Assembly: GCA_028826165.1 (NCBI GenBank)
Contig: JAPDFW010000058.1
Location: forward strand, 515,175-579,174
Length of the DNA stretch: 64,000 nucleotides
Origin: Anaeramoeba ignava BMAN
Lineage: Eukaryota > Protista > Anaeramoebae
Direction of reading: 5' to 3'
Shown here: piece after piece, positions 54,501-64,000 of the stretch
How positions within the stretch are numbered: the stretch's first letter is position 1
Layout: each line of letters starts with the position of its first letter
Program-made: the position numbers and the translations under genes
Notes under the pieces: model-generated
The model's database searches: none
The model's input: only the letters and a program-made list of their open reading frames with translations
Told to the model about the DNA's origin: nothing

Positions 54501-57226
54501 TGCTTTGTTCAATATTCTGGTATCTTCGGGAAAATCTGAAGAGTATTCAATTGAATTCTCTTTCAACAACCAATTCCGTACTGAAACAAATGCATTTACT
54601 CTTGTAAATCCGATTGAAAGTGTTTCTGCTGTTTTCAATAACATTAAAACTGATTGGGAGATTGGGAAAAGAAATTTCGGTTACAATTCATACAAATTTC
54701 GCTTCTGGTCATCCAATCACATCCATGCCTATTTCAATTATTTCTTCATGTTCGGTTGCTTCTGCACCTGGGGATATCCTTCAAACAGATATCTCGGGAA
54801 ATTGCTTCTTAAACCATGTCAGACTCGACTCTATTTCTGCCGATCCAGAATGTCTTGATGTGGATGGAAATGTTATTGTTAACCTCAAATTCTCAGTTCT
54901 TGGCATCGAAACAGAAACGCAGCAAATGAGGCTTCCTTCTCCAAACCAGGTTGTTCTCACAAAGGCCATGGACTCTTTCAAACAGTCTTTGATGTTCTGG
55001 GGAGTTTGTCTTGCCTTTGTTGTTCCTTTCGTTCTCAATTCAGCAAGGAAAAGCAACAAAACAACATATGCAGTTAGTATTGGTTTGATGGTTTTGACAT
55101 TTTATTACATCCCAACCCTTATTCCTAGCGCAAAGAAAGTAGAATCGCGCCAGTTCATTGCTCTTTCCTTCTTCCAAGGAATCCTTCTTTCTTTGGCAGT
55201 GTTCCTTCTAGTGGTGATTGTCGCCAGCAGAATTTCTCCTCAAGTCCAAAAATGGGTTATTAAAGTGAATTTTTTCAACGAAAGAATGTCCAACTACATG
55301 AACCTGTTCAGACGCTTACTTCCCATTGGCGCATATCGTTCCTTGAGAATTCGTGATCTTGAGCTCATGATCACAAAAGCAGAAATTGATCTTTCTGATC
55401 TGGAAAAAAGCGAGGATGAACTTGGAAAATTTCCGCTAGCAAGACAACCAGATGAAATTGAACTCAAAACAGATTCAGATCAAGATGATCAAAAAAAGAA
55501 CAATAATAATAATAACAATAACAATAACAATAATGATAATGAACTCGAAAAAGAATCCAAGAGAAGACTCAAAATCACCGAAAAGGATATCCGTTTGTTA
55601 GTCAGAAGATCAACGCAAACCTTCCGTAAAACAGGAGTTATTAATCCAGCCTTACAAGGAGATACAGACAACCAGGAAGCACTAGATCGAAACGGCGCAC
55701 CAAAAAAGGATGGAAAGAAGAAAAAGAAGTCCAAATCAAAAGGAAAGAGATGCTGGAGATGGTTTACGCGCAAAATGAAGGGAATATACCTGAAAATCAA
55801 GAAAAAGATTGTGACTCAAAAAACACCACATGATAAATATCAGACATACTTTGATTTCTACTATCCGCAAAGAATGCTTGTTTCGTTCTGGATCTGGCTT
55901 GTGATGACGAGCTTGCTGATTCTTCTTGTGACAAAGATCATCCGGAGCTCTTTTTTGAATCTGCAATGGTACCGACAAGACACGATTGGAGATAGGCAAT
56001 ACACAAACTGTTTTTACGGAAAACCTGAGCCTTCTGACTATCCCGACTCTGTATCCATTTATGCGCTTGAGCTCATTAACGAAATCGATAACTCTTGCAC
56101 GGTTGACAAGGGCGCATTCGACAACTGGCTTTCAAGTTTCCTGTACGATTTATCTCGGCATACGATTGACAAAGTGTTGAACGCATTCTCCATTTGCGGA
56201 GGAGTAGCCGCGCTTCTTGCATTTCTCATCATGCTTGCTCTGTGGAGATCAATCTTCAAGATCTACCGCAAACGCATCATGCTTCTTCGTCAGGGAAAAG
56301 AACCATTCCGAAAATATCACTCTGCAGATCCAGTAGAGGTTACTTCGTATGTTAATCTGCAAATATGGCTTGGGTTGATTTCATTTGTTCTTGTTTGGGC
56401 TGTATGCTTCTTGATCTTGTTCACTATTCCTGCAGTCATCTGGTTGGCTTCCGACAAGCTTATCTCACGGATCTTGAGCTACATCCTTGTCTTCCTTCTT
56501 GTTGTTATCCTCTACAAAGTCGTCATCGTCATGCTTGTTCAGAAACTCATCAAGCAATTCTTCATGAAGAAAAAGCGAGTCACAAACAGATCCGCATTTT
56601 CTTTGTATGAATTCGTCAAGTTCTTCATGACAATTTTCTCAGGAGCAACACAATCAGCAAAACGCTTCTTGTTCGCAACTCTTTCTGCTTTGACAACTGC
56701 TGTCTTCCGTTTGGACAACGAAACATCAATGGATGAATCTTATTCCGCAATGATTATGATGGATCACCAGACAAACAACCCAATGATGAGAGTCTTCATC
56801 AACTTCCTTGTTACTTACTGGAGGCATCCAGACAGAATTCTTCAGACAATCAAACAATCTCACGAAAAAAAACCAAAGAATCTTGATAAAGATAATGACA
56901 ATGATAATGAAATCAATCTTGATAATGATAATGATAAAGAAAATCAAAATCAAAAACGTGATCTTACAAAATATAATCCAGTTATCAAATCAATCTATAA
57001 TGAACAAATTCATCCAATTACAAAAGAACCTGTTCATATTGAGAAAATGAGGTTAAAATTCATGCTTCTTCTTTCTTTATATGCAAACAAAGATATCATA
57101 AAACTCAGAAAACATGGTCTTGAAAAAGAAAAAAAAAAGGAAATTGTCTTGAAAAACAAGGAAGATATCATCTGGAAGGTTCTTGATGATGAACCCAAAA
57201 ATATTGAGAATGAGGAAAAGAAATGA
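48557..57226 (+). CDS. ~1990-aa membrane protein: N-terminal anchor, long invasin/Big-type Ig-like ectodomain, STRA6/RBPR2-like multi-TM domain; exons 48557-48756, 48835-48898, 51067-51361, 51441-51512, 51579-51764, 51839-51991, 52070-52298, 52377-53416, 53486-57226 (1-nt frameshift ~54667-54670)
   Basis: All junctions GT-AG and in phase; total exon length is 3n+1, consistent with one extra A. Repeated Ig-like motifs (YTDSNGTAEFTDLKF, TTNENGIATFSKLKV, TTDKNGIALFNILV). STRA6-like motifs: FYYPQR, YRKRIMLLRQG, VTNRSAFSLYEFVKFF, RLD...DESYSAMIMMDHQTNNP, RLKFMLLLSLYANKDIIKLRK. Confidence 0.75.
48975..51055. repeat. 11-bp microsatellite (AAAATT[A/G]AT[A/T]T)n, ~2.1 kb, filling intron 2 of the Ig-STRA6 gene
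   Basis: About 190 units with two variable positions. Confidence 0.95.
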
Positions 57227-57389
57227 TGATTCAAACAAATTTTAGGTTGAAAGAATTAATTCAACCTCTTCCATTTTCTTCCTTCTTTGATTCCTTTTTC
57301 TTTCTTTTTTTCTTTCTTTTTTTTCGTTTCATTTATTTTTTTTTTAATAGGAATCAAATCAATTAAAACAATCAAACTTCAAAACTTTT

Positions 57390-59141
57390 TTAATTTTTAT
57401 TTTTAAATTTGTTAATTAATAAATCAAATAAATTTGGATATGTTTGATTTAATTGAAAATAATCAATTCCAATTTCAATTTCTTTAATGATTTTTTTTGT
57501 AATTTTAATTCCTTCTTTAATTTGATTTGAATAAATCCAATATTCAAATATTTGAAATGATTTATTACTTAATTCACTATAATCTGTAACTTTATTAGAT
57601 TTATCTTCTGTAACAGATAAAAACATTCCTCGATATAATTCACTTCTCATTATTAATATTAATTTAGGAAATTTATATTGTTTTTCTTTTCTTTCAATTA
57701 TAAAATCTTTTTCATTTTCATTTAAATAAATTCTTTTAATTGTTTCTTCAATTTTTTCATTGGAATTTATAATTTCTTTAATTTCAGAATATAATTTTGG
57801 ATTTCTTTTTTGAGGATTTCCATAAATCATTTCAAATATTTGATTTGATTCTTTAATTGATTTATTTGAAATAATTTCTTGAAGTTTTTCAATTTCAATT
57901 TGATTTTCATTTTGATTTAATCTATATTTCAATATTAATTTATGAGCTTCAATTATTTCTCCATTTTCGGTTTTAAATGAAATATCACAAAATTCTTTTC
58001 TTCCAAATAATTTTATCAAATCTTCTTCAAGATTGGAAAGAATAATAGGATACAGATAAGTTTGATTGAAGCCACAAGAAAGATGATAATTGGAAATATT
58101 TTCGTTAAATCTTAATTTAGGAAGTTCAATTTGAATTGGACTGATAATCATATTTTTATGTTCAATTCCTAATTGATCATCGTTATTTCTTCCAAATCCT
58201 ATTAATTTTGAATTGGAAGTTAAAATCAAAGTATGATCATTTCCAACAGAAATTTCAATAATATTATCATTTTCAAATAAAGATGATTTGATTTCAGTAA
58301 ATTCGTTTCGATGATCATTTTTGCCAAGTCCATTATATTGATATTCTCCACATGAATAAAGTTTTCTTTTCTTTTTTTCTTCTAGATCAATAATCATTAT
58401 TGAATGATAATATCCACATTGAATATCAATTATTTTGCCTTTTGGAATATTTTGGATTTTGGTTAATTTATTAACATATAGTTTTCTTTCTTTTCTTGAT
58501 TCTCCTAATCCAAGTTGTCCCCATTCATTAAATCCGCATCCAAATAATTCTTGATTTGGATTTAAAAGAAAAACATGATGTGAAAAATTTCCTGAAAATA
58601 TTTTAGAAACATTTTTCATCATTAAAATTGGTTTTTCTGTTTTTTCAAGTCTTTCAGTTTCAAAACCAAGTTGACCATAAGAATTTGAACCAATTCCATA
58701 AACATTTTGATTTGAAGTTAATAAGTAAATTGAATAAGCACCACAAACAACATCTTCAATTATTCTATCATTTTTATCTTCAATTAATAATGAAATATTG
58801 ATAAATTCTTTTGGTTTTTTTGAATTAATATATTCTCCTTTTGCAAATACATTTCCTTCTTTTGTTAAAATAGCTTCATTATCAAAACCAACAGTTACTT
58901 TTTGAATATTTTCAATTTTCTCAGGATTTTGATTTGAATCGTTTCTTAAATATTCTATTGCTTTTCCATTTTTAAAAAGGAAAATTGTTGAAAAATAACC
59001 TGATGAAATTTGTTTAATTTGTTTTTCATTTTCATTTTCATTTTCATTTTCAAATTTAAATTGAATTGGTTTTTTTATCTCTTCTTGTTCATTTTTTAAA
59101 AGTTTTGGTTTATTTTTACCAAAAAATATAATTTCATTCAT
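57390..59141 (-). CDS. RCC1-BTB protein (copy B)
   Basis: Same architecture as, and high identity to, 22556..24346. Confidence 0.88.
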   Translation of the reverse strand: MNEIIFFGKNKPKLLKNEQEEIKKPIQFKFENENENENEKQIKQISSGYFSTIFLFKNGKAIEYLRNDSNQNPEKIENIQKVTVGFDNEAILTKEGNVFAKGEYINSKKPKEFINISLLIEDKNDRIIEDVVCGAYSIYLLTSNQNVYGIGSNSYGQLGFETERLEKTEKPILMMKNVSKIFSGNFSHHVFLLNPNQELFGCGFNEWGQLGLGESRKERKLYVNKLTKIQNIPKGKIIDIQCGYYHSIMIIDLEEKKKRKLYSCGEYQYNGLGKNDHRNEFTEIKSSLFENDNIIEISVGNDHTLILTSNSKLIGFGRNNDDQLGIEHKNMIISPIQIELPKLRFNENISNYHLSCGFNQTYLYPIILSNLEEDLIKLFGRKEFCDISFKTENGEIIEAHKLILKYRLNQNENQIEIEKLQEIISNKSIKESNQIFEMIYGNPQKRNPKLYSEIKEIINSNEKIEETIKRIYLNENEKDFIIERKEKQYKFPKLILIMRSELYRGMFLSVTEDKSNKVTDYSELSNKSFQIFEYWIYSNQIKEGIKITKKIIKEIEIGIDYFQLNQTYPNLFDLLINKFKNKN

Positions 59142-59179
59142 TTTTTGAAAAGAAAAAAATGAAAAAAATGAAAAAATAA

Positions 59180-59863
59180 TTTTGATTTTAATTTTTGATT
59201 TTGATTTTAATTTTAATTTTAATTTTAATTTTAATTTTAATTTTAATTTTGATTTTGATTTTGATTTTGATTTTGATTTTAATTTTAATTTTAATTTTAA
59301 TTTTAATTTTTAATTTAATTTTAATTTTAATTTTAATTTTAATTTTAATTTTAATTTTAATTTTAATTTTAATATTTAATTTTGATTTTAATTTTTATTT
59401 TAATTTTGATTTTAATTTTAATTTTAATTTTTGATTTTAATTTTAATTTTGATTTTAATTTTAATTATAATTTTAATTATAATTTTAATTTTAATTTTTA
59501 ATTTTAATTTTAATTTTGATTTTAATTTTAATTTTTAATATTTAATTTTGATTTTAATTTTAATTTTAATTTTGATTTTGATTTTGATTTTAATTTTGAT
59601 TTTGATTTAAATTTTAATTTTTGATTTTAATTTTGATTTTAATTTTAATTTTAATTTTAATTTTGATTTTAAATTTTGATTTTGATTTTGATTTTGATTT
59701 TGATTTTGATTTTAATTTTAATTTTAATTTTAATTTTAATTTTAATTTTGATTATAATTATAATTTTAATTTTAATTTTGATTTTAATTTTAATTTTAAA
59801 TTTTGATTTTAATTTTAATTTTAAATTTTGATTTTGATTTTAATTTTAATTTTGATTTTAATT
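59180..59863. repeat. (ATTTT[A/G])n spacer microsatellite between RCC1-BTB copies; the same type fills 61700-62686 and 24345-24550
   Basis: Direct reading. Confidence 0.9.
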
Positions 59864-61651
59864 TTAATTTTGATTTTGATTTTGATTTTGATTTTGATTA
59901 TTAAATTTGTTAATTAATAAATCAAATAAATTTGGATATGTTTGATTTAATTGAAAATAATCAATTCCTCTTTTAATTTCATCAATTATTTCTTTTGTAA
60001 TTTGAATTCCATCTTTAATTTGATTTGAATAAATCCAATATTCAAATATTTGAAATGATTTATTACTTAATTCACTATAATCTGTAACTTTATTAGATTT
60101 ATCTTCTGTAACAGATAAAAACATTCCTCGATATAATTCACTTCTCATTATTAATATTAATTTTGGAAATTTATATTGTTTTTCATTTCTTTCAATAATA
60201 AAATCTTTTTCATTTTCATTTTCATTTAAATAAATTCTTTTAATTGTTTCTTCAATTTTTTCATTGGAATTTATAATTTCTTTAATTTCATAATATAATT
60301 TTGGATTTATTATTCTGTTTGAATAAATCATTTCAAATATTTGATTTGATTCTTTAACTGATTTGCTTGAAATAATTTCTTGAAGTTTTTCAATTTGATT
60401 TTGATTTAATCTATATTTCAATATTAATTTATGAGCTTCAATTATTTCTCCATTTTCGGTTTTAAATGAAATATTGCAAAATTCTTTTCTTCCAAATAAT
60501 TTTATCAAATCTTCTTCAAGGTTGGAAAAAGATGGAGAATAATAAAGAAATGAACTATTTTCTCCACAAGAAATATGATAATTAGAAATATCTTCATTAA
60601 ATCTTAATTTAGGAAGTTTAATTTGAATTGGAATTAATTGATCATTTGTATCTCCAGTTCCTAATTGGCCAGAATAATTATATCCAAATACTATCAATTT
60701 CCCATTTATTGTTAAAATCAAAGTATGATAGCCTCCAACATAAATTTCAAGAATATTATCATTTTCATTTTCAAATAAAGATGATTTGATTTCAGTAAAT
60801 TCATAAGTATTTTTAATTCCATTTTTGCCAAGTCCATTGAAAAGGTATCTTCCACATGAATAAAGTTTTCTTTTTGGATTTTCATTTTCATTTTCAATCA
60901 ACATTATTGAATGTTCAAATCCACATTGAATATCAATTATTTTACCTTTTGGAATATTTTGGATTTTGATTAATTTTTGGATTTTTGTTTCTTTTCTTGA
61001 TTCTCCTAATCCAAGTTGTCCCCATTCATTAAATCCGCATCCAAATAATTCTTGATTTGAATTTAAAAGAAAAACATGTCTTGAATCAGTTCCTGAAAAT
61101 ATTTTAGAAACATTTTTCATCATTAAAATTGGTTTTTCTGTTTTTTTAAGTGTTTTAGAATCAAAACCAAGTTGACTAAATTCATTTGAACCAATTCCAT
61201 AAGCATTTTGATTTGAAGTTAATAAGTAAATTGATTTTAACCCAGAAACAATATCTTCAATTATTCTATCATTTGTATCTTCAATTAATGATGAAATATT
61301 GATAAATTCTTTTGGTTTTTTTGGATTAATATCTTCTCCTTTGGCAAATACATTTCCTTCTATTGTTAAAATAGCTTCATTTTCAACACCAACAGTTACT
61401 TTTTGAATATTTTCAATTTGGATTTTTGAAGGATTTTGATTTGAATCATTTAAATATTCTATTGCTTTTCCATTTTTAAAAAGGAAAATTGTTGAAAAAT
61501 AACCTGATGAAATTTGTTTAATTTGTTTTTCATTTTCATTTTCATTTTCATTTTCATTTTCAAATTTAAATTGAATTGGTTTTTTTATCTCTTCTTGTTC
61601 ATTTTTTAAAAGTTTTGGTTTATTTTTACCAAAAAATATAATTTCATTCAT
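59864..61651 (-). CDS. RCC1-BTB protein (copy C)
   Basis: Tandem paralog; N-terminus and upstream ~60 bp nearly identical to copy B. Confidence 0.88.
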   Translation of the reverse strand: MNEIIFFGKNKPKLLKNEQEEIKKPIQFKFENENENENENEKQIKQISSGYFSTIFLFKNGKAIEYLNDSNQNPSKIQIENIQKVTVGVENEAILTIEGNVFAKGEDINPKKPKEFINISSLIEDTNDRIIEDIVSGLKSIYLLTSNQNAYGIGSNEFSQLGFDSKTLKKTEKPILMMKNVSKIFSGTDSRHVFLLNSNQELFGCGFNEWGQLGLGESRKETKIQKLIKIQNIPKGKIIDIQCGFEHSIMLIENENENPKRKLYSCGRYLFNGLGKNGIKNTYEFTEIKSSLFENENDNILEIYVGGYHTLILTINGKLIVFGYNYSGQLGTGDTNDQLIPIQIKLPKLRFNEDISNYHISCGENSSFLYYSPSFSNLEEDLIKLFGRKEFCNISFKTENGEIIEAHKLILKYRLNQNQIEKLQEIISSKSVKESNQIFEMIYSNRIINPKLYYEIKEIINSNEKIEETIKRIYLNENENEKDFIIERNEKQYKFPKLILIMRSELYRGMFLSVTEDKSNKVTDYSELSNKSFQIFEYWIYSNQIKDGIQITKEIIDEIKRGIDYFQLNQTYPNLFDLLINKFNNQNQNQNQNQN

Positions 61652-62686
61652 TTTTTGAAAAGAAAAAAATGAAAAAAATGAAAAAATAATTTTGATTTTA
61701 ATTTTTGATTTTGATTTTAATTTAAATTTTGATTTTAATTTTAATTTTAATTTTAATTTTAATTTTTGATTTTGATTTTAATTTTAATTTTGATTTTAAT
61801 TTTAATTTTAAATTTTGATTTTAATTTTAATTTTGATTTTGATTTTGATTTTAAATTTTTTGATTTTAATTTTTATTTTAATTTTAATTTTAATTTTAAT
61901 TTTAATTTTAATTTTAATTTTGATTTTAATTTTAATTTTAATTTTAATTTTAATTTTAATTTTTTAATTTTAATTTTAATTTTGATTTTAATTTTATTTT
62001 TAATTTTGATTTTTAATTTTAATTTTAATTTTAATTTTAATTTTTAATTTTTAATTTTAATTTTTAATTTTAATTTTAATTTTAATTTTAATTTTGAATT
62101 TTGATTTTAATTTTAATTTTAATTTTAATTTTAAATTTTAAAATTTTGATTTTAATTTTAATTATAATTATAATTTTGATTTTTAATTTTTAAATTTTAT
62201 AAATGAATTTTAATTTTAATTTAAATTTTAATTTTAATTTTAATTTTTAATTTAAATTTTAATTTTGATTTTAATTTTAATTTTGATTTTTAATTTTAAT
62301 TTTAATTTTAATTTTAATTTTAATTTTAATTTTAAATTTTTGATTTTCCAATTTTAATTTTTAATTTTAATTTTGATTTTTAATTTTAATTTTAATATTT
62401 AATTTTAATTTTAATTTTAATTTGAGTTTTAAATTTAGTTTTTTAATTTTAATTTTAATTTTAATTTTAATTTTAATTTTCATTATAATTTTTGTTTTTA
62501 ATTTTAATTTTAATTTTAATTTTTAATTTTAATTTTAATTTTGATTTTAATTTTAATTTTAAATTTTAATTTTAATTTTAATTTTAATTTTGATTTTAAT
62601 TTTAATTTTAATTTTGATTTTAATTTTGATTTTAAATTTTGATTTTGATTTTGATTTTAATTTTGATTTTGATTTTGATTTTGATT

Positions 62687-64000
62687 TTAATTTTGATTAT
62701 TAAATTTGTTAATTAATAAATCAAATAAATTTGGATATGTTTGATTTAATTGAAAATAATCAATTCCAATTTTAATTTCATCAATTATTTCTTGTGTAAT
62801 TTTAATTCCTTCTTTAATTTGATTTGAATAAATCCAATATTCAAATATTTGGAATGATTTATTACTTAATTCACTATAATCTGTAACTTTATTAGATTTA
62901 TCTTCAGTTACAGATAAAAACATTCCTCGATATAATTCACTTCTCATTATTAATATTAATTTAGGAAATTTATATTGTTTTTCTTTTCTTTCAATAATAA
63001 AATATTTTTCATTTTCATTTTCATTTTCATTTAAATAAATTCTTTTCATTGTTTCTTCAATTTTTTCATTGGAATTTATAATTTCTTTAATTTCAGAATA
63101 TAATTTTGGATTTATTTTGGAATTATTTGAATAAATCATTTCAAATATTTGATTTGATTCTTTAACTGATTTGCTTGAAATAATTTCTTGAAGTTTTTCA
63201 ATTTGATTTTGATTTTGATTTAATCTATATTTCAATATTAGTTTATGAGCTTCAATTATTTCTCCATTTTCTGTTTTAAATGAAATATTACAAAATTCTT
63301 TTCTTCTGAATAATTTTATCAAATCTTCTTCAAGATTGGAAAAAGAAGAAAGAAAAGGAGAATAATAAAGAAATGAATTATTTTCTCCACAAGAAAGATG
63401 ATAATCGTAAATATTTTCGTTAAATCTTAATTTAGGAAGTTCAATTTGAATTGGAATTGATTGAGTATTTGTATCTCCAGTTCCTAATTGACCATACCAA
63501 TTACCACCAAATACTATTAATTTTGAATTAGAAGTTAAAATCAAATTATGATCTGCGCCAACACAAATTTCAAGAATATTATCATCATTTTCAAATAAAG
63601 ATGATTTGATTTCAGTAAATTCATAAGTATTTCCATTTTTTTTGCCAAGTCCATTATCTTGAGAATAACCACATGAATAAAGTTTTCTTTTTGGATTTTG
63701 ATTTTGATTTTCATCTTCATTTTCAATCAACATTATTGAATGATTAATTCCACATTGAATATCAATTATTTTGCCTTTTGGAATATTTTGAATTTTGGTT
63801 AATTTATTGATTTTATCTTCTTCTTTTCTTGATTCTCCTAATCCAAACTACAATACCTTTATTATACCCGCATCCAAATAATTCTTGATTTGGATTTAAA
63901 AAGAAAAATATGTCTTGAATCAGTTCCTGAAAATATTTTAAAACATTTTTCATCATTAAAATTGGTTTTCTGTTTTTAAGCGTTTTAGAATCAAAACCAA
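62687..64000 (-). CDS. RCC1-BTB protein (copy D), 5' end beyond window; indels at ~63850-63980 (error or pseudogenisation)
   Basis: Homology continues past ORF start 63733 (IQCGINHS, SGTDSRHIFLLNPNQELFGCG) but needs several 1-2 nt corrections. Confidence 0.75.

Noticed and set aside
29606-57234. Short antisense or overlapping ORFs inside the REJ, DHX35, BTB-TLDc and Ig-STRA6 genes
   Set aside because: Expected shadow ORFs in higher-GC coding DNA; no recognisable motifs.
57390-64000. Diversity-generating retroelement behind RCC1 loop variation
   Set aside because: Codon differences inspected are not restricted to adenines, and no reverse transcriptase or template repeat is in the window.

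Overview
Extremely AT-rich, intron-containing eukaryotic DNA with GT-AG introns and the standard genetic code. The style (NQ/NS microsatellite-derived protein tracts, tandem RCC1-BTB and BTB-TLDc families) suggests an amoeboid protist such as the metamonad Anaeramoeba; this is inference only. About 19 protein genes can be supported: three BTB-TLDc, four RCC1-BTB, a GSAP-like gene, a Rab11-like GTPase, TRM1, an MGCC-type AGC kinase, TMEM230/134-like, WDR26/GID7-like, RRP1/Nop52, DHX35, a single-pass REJ/GAIN-GPS receptor, a tandem pair of FG-GAP/FN3 surface proteins, one hypothetical gene, and a ~1990-aa protein fusing an Ig-like ectodomain to a STRA6-like membrane domain. Intergenic DNA and large introns carry minisatellites (~144 and ~153 bp) and intron-specific microsatellites. 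Top candidates for new biology: (1) RCC1-BTB paralogs whose differences concentrate in the propeller loops, with mosaic sharing and a near-invariant BTB end, resembling a diversified Cullin-3 recognition repertoire (BTB-TLDc shows a parallel pattern); (2) the Ig-array/STRA6 fusion. Several single-base frameshifts lie in homopolymers and are probably assembly errors. All family calls come from motif recognition by eye, not database searches.
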